A stretch of 63,605 bases of DNA, counting the filler, from Reticulomyxa filosa (lineage: Eukaryota; Protista; Foraminifera): assembly GCA_000512085.1 (NCBI GenBank). It is 18 parts of 18 records of this genome, joined end to end, with 100 filler letters (N's around TTAATTAATTAA, not from the genome) between each part and the next. Parts side by side here need not be neighbours in the genome. Positions count along the whole stretch, not along the records: positions 46,785 to 52,778 come from ASPP01008371.1; positions 52,879 to 56,512 come from ASPP01029472.1; positions 56,613 to 59,634 come from ASPP01023987.1; positions 59,735 to 61,125 come from ASPP01004033.1; positions 61,226 to 63,605 come from ASPP01025792.1; 13 more parts are not named here. One strand, written 5' to 3'. Positions 51,244 to 63,605 of this stretch are shown here, piece by piece. Position 1 is the first letter of the stretch; each line of letters begins with the position of its first letter. Both the position numbers and the translations under genes were made by a program. The notes under the pieces are model-generated. The model did no database searches. It saw nothing but the letters and a program-made list of their open reading frames with translations, and was not told where the DNA came from.

Positions 51244-52760
51244 TTATGATCTCCAAATTCGGATTTTACAATCTCTAGAACCTGACACAATTATATTTCC
51301 ATTTCGTGAAACGTCCACACATGTCACAAAATGGTAATGTCCTTTCAACGTTTGTAGTTCTATTCCTGAGTCTACATTCCACAATCGAATTGTATTATCA
51401 TTTGAACATGATACAATAAATTTACCATCTGGAAAATATTTTACATCGTTCACATGACCCGAATGTCCTTTTAATGTCTTCCATTCTCTTTCTGTTTCGA
51501 TATTCCATATTCGAATTGTTTTATCCAATGAACATGACACAATACATTTGCCATCTGGAGAAAATTTTGTACGTGTTACACGATTAGAATGATCTTTAAA
51601 TTGTTTTAATGTTTCACCAGATTTTATATCCCACAGACTGATTGTTTTATCATTTGATGATATAACCATTTTACCATCCGGTGAAAATTGTGTATTCAAT
51701 GTATCTTTTGAATATTTTGATATTTGTTTCATTTCTATTCCAGAATGTACATCCCATATTTGTATTGTATTATCTTGAAAAACCGATATAATATACTCTC
51801 CATTAGGAGAAAATTCTAGGTCCAATATCTTGAAATCTCTTTTAAATTTCATTACTTTAATTCCTGTGCTAACACTCCATAATCGAATTGTCCCATCACT
51901 TGAATATGAAACGACAGTATGTCCATCTGGTGAAAATCTTGCAGCAATGACCCGATCGGTATGTCCTCTGAAAATTTGAAGTTGTTTCCCCGATGCAATA
52001 TCCCATATTCGAACAGTATTATCATCTGATGCCGAAACAATCTTGGGGCTATCTGCTGAAAACCTTACACTATTCACTGTACTGCTATGCCCTTGTAAGA
52101 CCATTAATAATTCAAAACCTCGTATCTATTTAAAAATGAGAATCACAAAATAACAATCGTTTATATGTAAAAAAAAAAAATAACACTATTTAACATATTT
52201 GATAATAATTTTGCTAAAGTCATTGATCCATCCTAATTTTATCTTTGAAATTCGAATCCAATGTTGTATGACAATTGTTAGTTCATGTTTCGACTGGTCA
52301 CACATTATAAAATGTATTTGTGTTTAATCAAAAAAACAATATAATAATTCTGAAAAGAATATTACCAACTGTAGGACATCCATCAATGCATTCACTTTTG
52401 TTTTCACATGCGTTGATACTATACTATTTTTATCATCAGTTCCCCCAATAATATGTATATAAGTACTGTCTTCATTCAATATCCCAGAACACTTATACAA
52501 TGGAATGGGCAAAGTGTGTTTAAATGTGACCCATTCTCTTTCTTGAATTGAATATCTGTGCACTAATTTTGAGACAGCTGATTTATTATTACTAAACCCA
52601 CCAAAGAATAAGATATTATTATTGACATACACATATCCATAGTAATGATATTGTGAAATATCGTTACAAACAAATAGTTTATGAAATTGAAAATAGTTGT
52701 TATTTTCATCATATTCAATTGATAGTCCTGTCTTTCTGCAAAACAACAACATTTCATAAA
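51244..52760 (-). CDS. Kelch + HW/GW linker + WD40 protein, 5' truncated; exons ...-52366, 52293-52195, 52125-51244
   Basis: Kelch half (ILFFGG, IHIIGG), linker exon SKHELTIVIQHWIRISKIKLGWINDFSKIIIKY and seven WD40 repeats; phase-0 introns in frame. Confidence 0.85.
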
Positions 52761-55552
52761 TTTTTTTTTTTTTTTTTTNNNNNNNNNNNNNNNNNNNNNN
52801 NNNNNNNNNNNNNNNNNNNNNNTTAATTAATTAANNNNNNNNNNNNNNNNNNNNNNNNNNNNNNNNNNNNNNNNNNNNGAATAATTTGTCTTTTCGTCAA
52901 ACATTCAAACATTATATAATATAAAAAAGCGATTTTCCTTTTAACCGTATATGTATTGTTTCTTGGATGCGCTGGGACGCAGAATAGAAACAATCAAACA
53001 AAAAGATGATCTTTCAAAAATTGTTTTTGTGTCTATTTTATGTTCTTTTAATGGCTCTTTGTTTTGGATAAAATGAATACCTAATCTTATTACCTTCCAA
53101 CATCAAAAACAACAAAGTATTGTTGAAAGATATTATAAATAACAATTGACCAACATCAGTGTGATTTTACCTTTTTTTATCATGTTTGTTTCATAAAAAA
53201 CCAAACTACTTTTTTGGAGTCACTCCAATTCATATTAGAGTTTTTTTAGAGGAGAAATAAGTCACATACGTGATTACACAATTTTTTTTAAATTTTATAA
53301 AAAAAGTTTATTTGTATTGTATATCTTATACAAAGTTGTTTTGGTTACAATAAAATTCATTTTAAACTTGAATTGATATTGTTTCATTTTGAAAATCAAT
53401 GAAAAGAGCAAAGTAAAACACCTGTGCATATATCCAACAAAATAAAAAAGAAATGTATCAGAGACTTATAACTGACCTTTTAACAAAACAAGTTTATTTT
53501 TTTTGTTTTATAGTTGAGATATTTTGCATAAGAATGACAAAGTACTTGAATGTTCCAATCATGGTAATATTTTTTTTCATTAACTCGTTTTCAAAATAAA
53601 ACATACTTTATTAAAATATCTTTTTTTATTTTTTAGTTGAATCAATCTTAGATAATATACTATCCTTTTTTTTCATCTCTATCACGATCAACAGTTAAAG
53701 TGGTATATTCTCCAAGTAAAAATAGTCTAATTCATTTATTTGCTCATCAATAAAAACTTCCACTCCATTTTTTAGACATGGAAAAACGAGAAATGAGGTC
53801 GTGTGTTAACAATTTTTGTCATATTTAAACATAGTGTATCTTACTCTTTTTCTTTTTATTATTTCTTGTTCAATCTGGTCATTTGATCTTTTTTGCAAAC
53901 CAATTATCTCTCTTTTCAATTTTTGGATGTCCTGTGTTAATGCAATTACTTTTTCATCTTTTCACCTTTTAAATCATTCATTTGATTTAATTTTTTTTAA
54001 CAATTATTAAATTAAATTAAATGAAAACCACAAAAATATCGTTTACAAAGCGCTTGGAAATTGATTTGAGCGCTTTAGAGAATGTTTGCTTTGTTAATTG
54101 TGGGTAAATATTCCAAGAAAAAAAAATTTAGTTTATTGGAAAAATAAGCACTTAAATATTGTCGGGACTATTGTTTGAAAAGTTCAGTGCCTATGCCTTT
54201 GGAGGTTTAGGAAGTCAGTTTGCAATTTCGTTATTCTTGCAAGCCAAACCTATATCCACAAACAATACATTTAAGAACATACATGCAAGAAAAAAATTTT
54301 AAAAAATAAAGCAAAAAAATCAGGTTACTCATTCAAAAAATTGTCATTATTTTATCATCACAAACAAATTGTACTTGGTAAATGAAATATGTCTAAACTG
54401 GATTTGAAGGACCATGCGATATAGCACTCCCTAGACCGCAAAGCGACATTAAACAATAAACTTAAACAGTAAATATAGTCATAATGCAAATTTTTTTAAG
54501 ACATCATACCGAAGAAAGAGAAAATATTCTTTACAAACAAATAAAACAAACAAAACTAGAGTTTTTTGGATTGAAAATTGGGAAACAAAAACTGTTCTAA
54601 AAAAAGTTTTTTTTTTTCCTAGTATGAGTTTTGTTCAGTGCCATTAATTTGACACAATTTTTGGTTGTCTGTTCATTTTTTTTCTCTTTTTTTTCTTAAG
54701 ACGTTTTAAAGCTATATTGCTGCGTTGTGGTTTTAATTTTACTAAATTTGGTCTCACAAACTTAATTGAGAATAGCAATTAAATCAAAATTGTTTCCTTT
54801 TCAATAGAAAAGGGAAATTATTTTTTCATTTAAATTTGAATACATAAAAAGTTGATTTGCTGTTTTATTTGAGTATTTGAATTTAATCACCATTATTCCC
54901 TTTATTTTATTTTATGTGTAATGCTTAGCTTATGGATAAACTATCTCCGATTTTGGAATTGCATGTAGTTGTCATTCAATGGCGCGATATTACGTACATT
55001 CCATAAATCGATTGTCATACGAATTTGTACATTTTGTTGTAAATAGGAGAATAACCGAGATTGTTGTGTATGTTATTGGTATGATTATGCCGTCCAATGT
55101 TTTGTTCAACGTCATTGTATATCAGCGTTTTAAGAGGGGAAGTAATGTCGAACATACCATGTACTGCTCATTTGTTGGATCGAATTGTTTTTATGACTAT
55201 TGAAATCCGAGTGAGTTTGCCAGCGGACTATCTGTCATCCATTCCAAGTCGATCAAGGCAAAGTGTTGATTTGAGCATTCTGCAGCAATGGCGACTGAGA
55301 TATCGTCTTCAAGTTCTTTATATTCTTCTTCTTTTTGTTTTTTTTGTGTGTTGATAGAGATTCTAAAATGGATTTTTTTATTTGATATTCGGATTCTCCA
55401 CAAAACATTGCACTAGAAAATACTTTTTATTTTTTATAAATATGAAAAGTCTATTAGCATTGGAATTCGAAACAAAGTGGGTCAATTGAACCACAATATA
55501 AAACTCAATAACAAAGCAACTGTTGATGATTGAATTATATGGACTCAATGAT

Positions 55553-55743
55553 ATCGTTTTTGGAATATTCGATCAAATAGGAATCAATTGTATGTGATCA
55601 AATGAGACAGAGGAATAATTTTTTTGAAATCTTTACAATTAAAAAAGAATGAAAAGAAGAGAAAAATCAATGGTGATATTGATTGTTGTATTAATTTATG
55701 TTACAGTTCACGTGGGGGTTTTATCCGTATCTGGGGATATTGA
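55553..55743 (+). pseudogene. Remnant of the WD40 family C-terminus
   Basis: Translates as RFWNIRSNRNQLYVIK*DRGIIFLKSLQ...INLCYSSRGGFIRIWGY*, homologous to the end of the 39075-39960 protein, with an in-frame stop and no intact upstream ORF. Confidence 0.7.
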
Positions 55744-56737
55744 AGATATCTTGTTGGATGATCAGTTTTTTCATTTACACTCTTAATCACCGTGTTGAAT
55801 CTTCACTTTTAAAATTGACTTTGATAATAAAATGTATTAAACAAGTTGTTGAGACAAAAATCATATAACTGTGGTGTGTTATTCAAATTCAATTATTTAA
55901 GCTTAAACAAACAAAATACATTAGCGTCAAAATAAAATCGAATGCTTGTTCAAATGCTATTTAATTTATACCTATTCATATGGAACTTTCAATTGTTTCG
56001 AGAGTAAGTTCATCAATTCTGAGTGACTGGGAATATGTGGTGATTATTCATTCAATGCATTTGATTTACTGTCACCTTTTACTTTGTTTGTACTTCCACG
56101 CATTGTACATTTATTTAAATTTGGATAACATGATCAATCCTTTACAATCGGTAACAAATTTCTATCACAAAAAGAAAGACATGATTTATTATCAATGCAA
56201 TATAAATGTTTCATACTTTCTTCGCAATCAATGTCTCTAATTTTGTTAAATTTTAAATAAATCCTTTTAACCGTTCTTCATTTTGATCAATATTAAAACC
56301 ATTCCATTAAAAATATGCAACTAAACATGCGTGCATCAAATCACATTTATCCTTTAGATACGGTGGATTCAATAAAACTGCTTTCGTCCATCGATTATTC
56401 ACCATCACAAAAATAAATTCTAATATTTTATATAACCTTAAACGAATAAAATGATCTTTATAACCAATCACTAAATTTAACAAATTTAAAATCCAAAAAT
56501 CACGAACAAATANNNNNNNNNNNNNNNNNNNNNNNNNNNNNNNNNNNNNNNNNNNNTTAATTAATTAANNNNNNNNNNNNNNNNNNNNNNNNNNNNNNNN
56601 NNNNNNNNNNNNAAAAAAAAAAAAAAAAGGGGCCCCTAATTTTTTTTTTTTTTTTTTTTTTTTAAAAATTATTAGGGGCGAACAAAAACTCCCCTTGAAA
56701 AAGGGGAACACGATTGCAATAGAGGCCTTGCTATTTT

Positions 56738-58130
56738 TTGGGAAGGATCTTCAGCTCGACGGGGGATGAGAAACTGAACTCGAACGGAATCGATTTGGAA
56801 GGGGACTGGGACAATTCGGATGGAAAACGAGTTGCACTAAATGTTTCGCAGCTGGCAGAATACGCATTGTTCCCAGGGCAAATTGTAGTGGTGTATGGGA
56901 CCAATACCAATGGTGCGGAAATCTTGGCAAGGGCTATTTATTCCAATGCCGCTTTTCCTAGGTATTTGGACTGTCGTGCTCCACGTAAACTATTGGATCC
57001 CTTCAAAGACACTTCGCTGCAAGTCATGATTGCTTGTGGCCCTTTCACTCACTCTAATTCTTTGCAATTTTATCATTCACCTTTTCATGAATTTGCTAAT
57101 ACTGTTATTCAACGCAGACCTCACGTTGTCATTTTGGTTAATTTTTTTTTTCTTCCCCCTCCTCCCCCCCTCCCCCAAATGTGCACCCAATCAAAATATT
57201 TTTTATTTGGTTTGTTTTTTTTTTTTTCAAAATTACAAAAAAGGTTGGCCCATTCACAGACCGGTGCAATGAACTGATAAAAACCAATAAAGTGACATCT
57301 ACCTTCCAAGAGATATTCGAGTCACTGTTGTTGCAGTTCGTAACGTGCCTGCATTCCGCAGGTGTGATTGCTGAAATCGTGCTGATCCCTTCTCCTCAAG
57401 ATATTCATCACAGCGTTGCTTATCCACAGCCTGCGTATCACTTGAATGTCACTTGGATCAAAGAAGAAATGAAATATTTTGCACAACGCGTGCATTGCTT
57501 CAGCAATCCTTGTCAATTCTTCATCAACGAGGTTGGTTTTGGTGTCAATTCCGCCGATTTTTTGTTGCACTGTTTTGGTGCTGCCTTAACAAAAAAGTTT
57601 GAATTTCTTTTTTTTTTTTTTTTTTGGTGGAGCACTTCAAAATTTAATTCCAAACAAATTAAAAAAAATCTTTTGTTGCATTTGGTGAAAACAGAAGCGA
57701 TACCTCAAAAAAGAAGGGCTATCAAATTGCAGCATCGCACTGTATTCATCAACAATGGTAAGTTGTTACATTTTCATCGGGTTTTTTTTTTTTTTGCCTT
57801 TTAAATAATCAGTCTTTCTTTACGATTTTTGTATACAAAAGCTTTTATCCCTTGGAGCCTTGTCACCCATCTGTTCGGAAAGATTTTACCCACAGAATTC
57901 ACTTGTACATGACGTATACACCTGATATTTTGATTTTGCCATCGGTCATTAATCACTTTGCCGATATAATTGACGAAGATGTGCTGTGTATCAATCCCGG
58001 CATGTTGACAAAGAGTAATAAGAGAGGGACATATGCCGTTATTACAATATGTCCACCCTCTGATGAAGAAAAAATGCTAAAAAATTTTGATCTAAATCAA
58101 CACATTAAAACAGAGATTTTGCGGATTTGA
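56738..58130 (+). CDS. POLA2: DNA polymerase alpha subunit B, 5' truncated, multi-exon (intron 57137-57243 and others)
   Basis: Motifs ALFPGQIVVVYGTN, VMIACGPFT, PHVVIL|VGPF, LIPSPQDIHH..YPQP, SNPCQFFIN, FYPL, PDILILPS and CINPG. Confidence 0.92.
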
Positions 58131-58342
58131 GATTGTACTAGCTTTCTCTAATATTGTTAACTTGATTTTTAAAAAGGTTGGCCAGGCTAGTGAAGAGACA
58201 TCACAGTTTTCCATCAAAAGTGTTTTTTTTGGAAAATTTTTTCATTGAAAGAGTTTGCTGGGTTATAATTGAGGCTCATAAAGTTCACAATCAAAAAAGG
58301 GTTAAACAATTCACCAATACTTTTACCACGTGACAAAAACTT

Positions 58343-59634
58343 TTACGTCAATTCATTTAATTTTTTATCAGCACAAAACATTAAAGCATGCAGCCAAAGT
58401 ACAAAATCATCGAAATTGGCGGCAAATAGCAAATATGCTCGCTTTGACACTCTATTTCAATTCACAAAGTTTTTTCATAGTGAAACATAATTTTGAAGAT
58501 GAAGATTTTCCTTAACTCTACTCCAGAGATTTCAAAACATAGGGCATTTTTGTCAACCACGCGAACAGCCCTCCCTCGTAATGCAACAGGTGGTCGCAAT
58601 GATTCGTCCTTGTTATGGTAGGCTTGGAAATTCTTTGTTTGTTGTTAATTTATGTGAAAATGAAGGAAAATCAACGTATGAAAGAACAAGTGATGTAACA
58701 AAATTTAACTTTGTAATATGACAATCTTTCTTTTTCAATAACAAACCATCGCAACTTTAATGAGGAACGTGCAAAGATTCCTTCTTTGCCCTCACCGCGT
58801 TTGATTAAATATCCCATGCGCAAGGGTTCTAGTTTTGGCACTGCATTTCTGTACGCCTTGAATAATATGCACTGCATTCGCATTTTATCTTCCGGAGATA
58901 AATGGGAGTATCCCGGTACACGAACGCTGGGCTGGACATTATTGCTCATTAACTCCTTATAGCTGGGTGTGGGGCTCGGATTGTCTACATCACCTTGTGA
59001 TAATGGAAAACTTTCATGATCGACATTTTCAAGCATTTTACGGGCGTCTTTGCCCATCTGACTGATTTCTTCACCCGACACTTGTGTGTGCAAGTCCTTA
59101 TCAAATTCAAGTTTGATCACACCTTGCTGAATTTTCCGAGCTGTTTTTGTCAGCAGTTGGATATCGGTTACATCTTTTGGATAATTTTGCAATATTGCAA
59201 TTGCAGACATGTCCTTTTTTTCGAGTAGTTTGTCTCGGCTTTTGTTTATGTAGTGTATTTTGTGATATTTTTTTCTCTTTCCCCCTCCCCTCTTCTCACT
59301 ACTTACGGAGAAAAGAAAGAAACAAATTGAAACTAAACATATTGTAAATCATAGCTATAGAAATGTAATCAATGAATTCAAAAAGAGAATGAGAAGAAAA
59401 CAATTCATCCCACAATTTTATAGTTTGATCGATATGAAATTCACGACTGAATAACACGCGAATCCAACGTAGCAAATACAATTGAGGTTGCAACCCAAGG
59501 TTTTCGAAATGGGAGTAAATATGCAAATCGAAATGCTTGAGCAGCTTGTGTTGGATGTAGTGTAATTTCAAATACAATGATCCGTTGAGGCCACTGTCGT
59601 ATAATCCTTGATTGAACAAAAAGCGCTCGCATTT
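58343..59634 (-). CDS. Rab-GAP TBC-domain protein (TBC1D5-like C-terminal half) with a C-terminal PH domain; 5' truncated
   Basis: TBC: LQPQLYLLRWIRVLFSREF...LWDELF. PH: RMGYLIKRG...KLRWFVI...LSYYK, continuing in further exons CFEISG and RAYLLFAANFDDFVLWLHAL to a stop at 58343. Confidence 0.82.
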
Positions 59635-60702
59635 NNNNNNNNNNNNNNNNNNNNNNNNNNNNNNNNNNNNNNNNNNNNTTAATTAATTAANNNNNNNNNN
59701 NNNNNNNNNNNNNNNNNNNNNNNNNNNNNNNNNNTCACAGGCCATTATACACATATATATGCACGCGTCTTCCTCGATATTTATCATTTGTTTCTCACTG
59801 TGCTTTTCAAATGCCTCTTGACTATTGTTCGGTGGTCAGACGTTTTGAAAGGCAAATTCAAAGCCCACTACTACAACAACAACAAAAAAATATCTTATTT
59901 ACTACAATGCTATAAAAAACAAATTTGCAGTATGCTGCGATACTCGTTTTTTTTTATTGGTTTGTTTGTGATACCATTATCTAGAGATTTTGTTACTGCT
60001 TTTACACTTTTTTAAAAAGGATATTGTTGAACTTAGCAAAAAAAAAAAAAAACAACATCTATTTCAAGTAATTTGACTCAGATCGGGTAACTCTCAATAG
60101 TATAAAAAAATTACTTTGCTCAAATACAACATTGAAAACTGTATTTAAAAAAAATTTGACTGTCTCAGGGAAGTTAACACGTTAACATTAGCCAGTGAAG
60201 AAAAATTAAAAATGAACGCGAGAACGGGTAAAATTATAAAAAAATTTTATTTAATTGTATATGCAAACTATTGGAAGCATGAATAAAAGCACAGCGGCTG
60301 GTGATCCAAAACGACCGAGTATTTCCCAAGGCAAAGGCAAGGCATTAAGTTACTGGGTTGCGAAGGTCTGTCATGTGGAAGGAGGGAAAGAGGATAGGGG
60401 AAGAAAAAGAAAGCAAACTAAAAAAAAAAAAACCCAATGCAGATTCCAATTTGTCTGGCAAACGAATGGTTTAGCAACAAGTATCCACCAAATCACGTGT
60501 TAGGACAAGTAACCTCAACTCCTCAGCCCAACGTAAAAAAAAAAAAGAGATAAAAAAACAAAAAAAAAACAATATAAACAATGGCCAAAACAATATGCAA
60601 AAGAACTTACAAATTGCAAAAAAAAAAAAAAAAAACGAAGGGGACAAGATATTAAATTACATTTAAATGCAACAACAGCAGGAACGACGACCTCAACGTT
60701 AA

Positions 60703-61100
60703 ATGTGGGGATCCAGCAAAGCGAATATGCGTCCCGTGATGGGTGGTTCAAAGACGAGTATTAATAATAATAATAATAATAATAAGAGTGCATTCTCAAT
60801 TCCGATGGATTATCACATGAAAGTGAAGTCGATAAACCAGCGCGTGAACGTGAAGCACGGAGAGTTGACGCAGTTGGGCGAGGACCGGTATTTGATATTT
60901 ATCGACAGACCGCCGTTCGTGGAGGGCCACGAGGTGGAGATCATGGACGACTCCACTCGCGAGTACGTGAAAGGGCTGATCGTCAGAGTCCACGACGACC
61001 GCACATGTGACGTCAAGTTGCAAAACGGCCGAATAAGAACCAAGGTCCCAAGCTTTGAAATGCAATTACTTCAAAACGATTCAAAAGCAGGTTTGCAATC
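60703..61100 (+). CDS. Hypothetical protein exon with a Tudor/SH3-like barrel
   Basis: GC-rich ORF; FVEGHEVEI...YVKGLIVRVHDDRTCDVKLQNGRIRTKVP fits a Tudor/Agenet-type beta barrel; truncated by spacer. Confidence 0.5.
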
Positions 61101-63159
61101 CTTTTTTTTTTTAAAAAAAAAAAAANNNNNNNNNNNNNNNNNNNNNNNNNNNNNNNNNNNNNNNNNNNNTTAATTAATTAANNNNNNNNNNNNNNNNNNN
61201 NNNNNNNNNNNNNNNNNNNNNNNNNCAACATTAAGTTCTCTTGTGCTGGATCACATAAATGCACCAAGCAACAGCGTGTGTACACACTTTTATCGTGCAC
61301 AAAAGATGTCCCTTGTTTTAGGATGGATATACATTGGTAGGGATTGTTCAACACAACGAATTCAAATTGGGGCGGATATATTGTATCCCCAAAGTGGACA
61401 CATAGTTGCACCAAGTTGGTAGAAAAAAAAGTATAGCCCACCAATCTTGCCAAGTGTTCAACAGCTATCTCCTGCTCAAATGTTGTTAGTGTAAACACAC
61501 TTTTCGCATGCCCGGAAGTATTCTGTCCTCTTGGAGTATCAGGCAACCGTACGAAAGACACACAACACCCCGTTTCGGTGGTTGTTCAGTTCAAAAACCT
61601 GATTTTAAGAGGAAAAAACAACATTCAGTTCCAAATTTGGCAATGGACACGTCTGATTTGACTCAACATGTTCGGTCTAAAAAAATTATTGCAAAAACCA
61701 GAAAAACCCTTTAACTGAGGATTCTCCTTCAAAACTGTCGCAATGGTAAAAATAATATATTTGGTAAGCGTATGACAGAAATGTGTTCTTCTGAAAAAAA
61801 TGAGTAACGATATCACTTCTGTTCGTGGTTATCTCTTGTTTTAGTCCATATGGATCAATTATTTTTTTTTTAATATGTACGAAAATTTTATCAGTACCTG
61901 CCACTTTGTGACAAACAACTATAATTTTTTGTTTGCTACGCACGATCAAACTGTTCTGTTGAAGATCAGGCCAATTACATTTTTGATTATCGTATTGTGT
62001 AATATTTTTATAGCTTAGCCTTTTGCACCTTTAGCTTGTTTCATTTCATTTAATAATATCATAAGAGAAACTTTCTTAAATAACAATAAGACTCAGATTT
62101 TATATTATTATAAAAATTAAAACATTCGATAAGTAACACATGCATAAATTGATCGTTTAAATTAAAAAATATTTATAATAATATTTTTTATTCAGTCTAA
62201 CAAAATATTTATAATTAACGTTATTGAAACGATTTTACAGGTTTTTTACTTTTAGTTCTAACAATAGAATTTATGTGTATCAAGTCCTATTTTAATAGAA
62301 CTATACATCACACAAAGAAATGTTACAACCACTTGTAAAACTTTGCGTACAACAAAAAAGTACATTACTGTGATAAATTTAATGTAATGTTTTGTTCTTA
62401 GCACGATCTCTTAATATACTATTTTGATAAGTATTTGTTGTATTACTTGTTTTGTCATCCAAAATTTATTTGAACAGACATCTGTTGGCAAATTTCATAA
62501 AAAGTGAAAGCAATCATGAAAACAGAGTAGAAACAAGTTTATTGAAATCATCGACAAATCTTTTTAGAATGTTACCGAAATAAGCATTGCCATATTATCG
62601 ATTCCCTAAAAGTTCAGCTATAAGAATTTCTTTTCTTCAACGATTGAATATTAGCTTTACGAAGGGTAACATCTAAAGCACATTGTTTTTTGGTTTGTCG
62701 AAATTTTTTCGCTGGACAAAATTTCCACGTTCACGCTTGCGCAAATTCGAGAAAACTTTGTACTTGAAAAAAGCGCTACTATTGGTCTTGTTTTTTTTTT
62801 TGGTGGTTGAGATTTTTTAATCTTAAAATTGAAGACCAAACTTTCATGAAAGCTTTTTAAAGAAATATTACATCTGATAATCAACACAAAGAGGCACGAT
62901 CCACTTTACATAAACGATGGCAAGTTTGTTTAATCTTTTAGCGATTTGTGTTTTCAATTGGTACGGTGATACATTCACTAACAAAAATAATGTACAATTA
63001 TCTATTTCTTGATGCCTCCGAGTCCCTTTCTGTTCTGTTTACACTTTTCTTGACATCAGCTAAGCTCATTACAGTTCGAATGAAAAGGGCCATTCGAACT
63101 TGCTTTTTTTTTTCATCGACGAAAAGGACACATAAAGAAACGTGTTCAATGTGGTCATA

Positions 63160-63605
63160 TGGCAAAAGCCATTATGATTTTTTAAAAATCATTGATCCAA
63201 CCAATTCGAGTCACTTCATATCGACTCCAATAATCGACGACCGTGTTTTATTCAGTTTTGGAAATATGTGGATACATCTCTATCTACAGTGTGTCCATGG
63301 AAACAATGAAAAGGGACAAAAAGGAAACCGAAACAGAACGCTGATGAATTCTTTTTGTCCAAACGACATAGTGTTTAGTTGTCGCATTAAAATTGTCACT
63401 CCCACCAATGATATGAAGACTTGTGTCATTTTTGTAAATGCGAAAAGGTAAGCCAAGTTGCGAATCGAGCAATGTGCCATTTTGAGTATCATACATTTTG
63501 ATAGTATTCTTGCGTTTGTAAAGCTTGTTTGTGCCTCTCAATATGACAATGGCATCATTCAAACATACAACTCCATAATGCAGCAAATCGTAGATCAACA
63601 CATTC
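63160..63605 (-). pseudogene. Degenerate Kelch + HW/GW-linker family member
   Basis: Kelch remnants (YGVVCLNDAIVILRG, SLHIIGG) followed by the linker exon NTVVDYWSRYEVTRIGWINDF*KIIMAF, which carries an in-frame TAA. Confidence 0.6.

Noticed and set aside
4318-61225. Regularly recurring TTAATTAATTAA flanked by N runs (could look like a repeat array or CRISPR)
   Set aside because: Identical 100-bp synthetic six-frame-stop linkers added when contigs were concatenated; not biological.
61226-61714. ORFs on both strands at the start of the last contig
   Set aside because: Cannot determine the coding strand or family.
1-63605. Stop-codon reassignment or non-standard genetic code
   Set aside because: Conserved genes (MOB1, POLA2, WD40s, caspase) read through with the standard code and end in TAA, TAG or TGA; internal stops occur only in decayed copies.

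Overview
This is AT-rich eukaryotic genomic DNA, not one continuous locus. It is 18 short contigs joined by 17 artificial 100-bp spacers (44 N + TTAATTAATTAA + 44 N), so gene adjacency is only meaningful between spacers. Genes have short GT-AG introns and use the standard code. The lineage-expanded Kelch/WD40 families, low-complexity proteins and many pseudogenes point to a foraminiferan such as Reticulomyxa filosa; this is my inference, not a database result. Recognisable genes, mostly partial: MOB1, an SLC12 cation-chloride cotransporter, FAM76, WDR26/GID7, a 2H-phosphoesterase, a VPS9 Rab-GEF, a dynein heavy chain pseudogene, TOP3B, a PKD2-like channel, a CEP95-like gene, an SLC35 transporter, POLA2 and a TBC+PH Rab-GAP. 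The main observations: (1) a family in which a Kelch-propeller exon is joined through phase-0 introns to different downstream modules, including a complete ~796-aa Kelch-adaptor-paracaspase-like protease and Kelch-linker-WD40 proteins; (2) a surface protein with three DOMON domains that keep the heme-ligand Met/His; (3) introns with T-rich 5' ends and A-rich rather than pyrimidine-rich 3' ends; (4) a palindromic TA-flanked MITE-like element.
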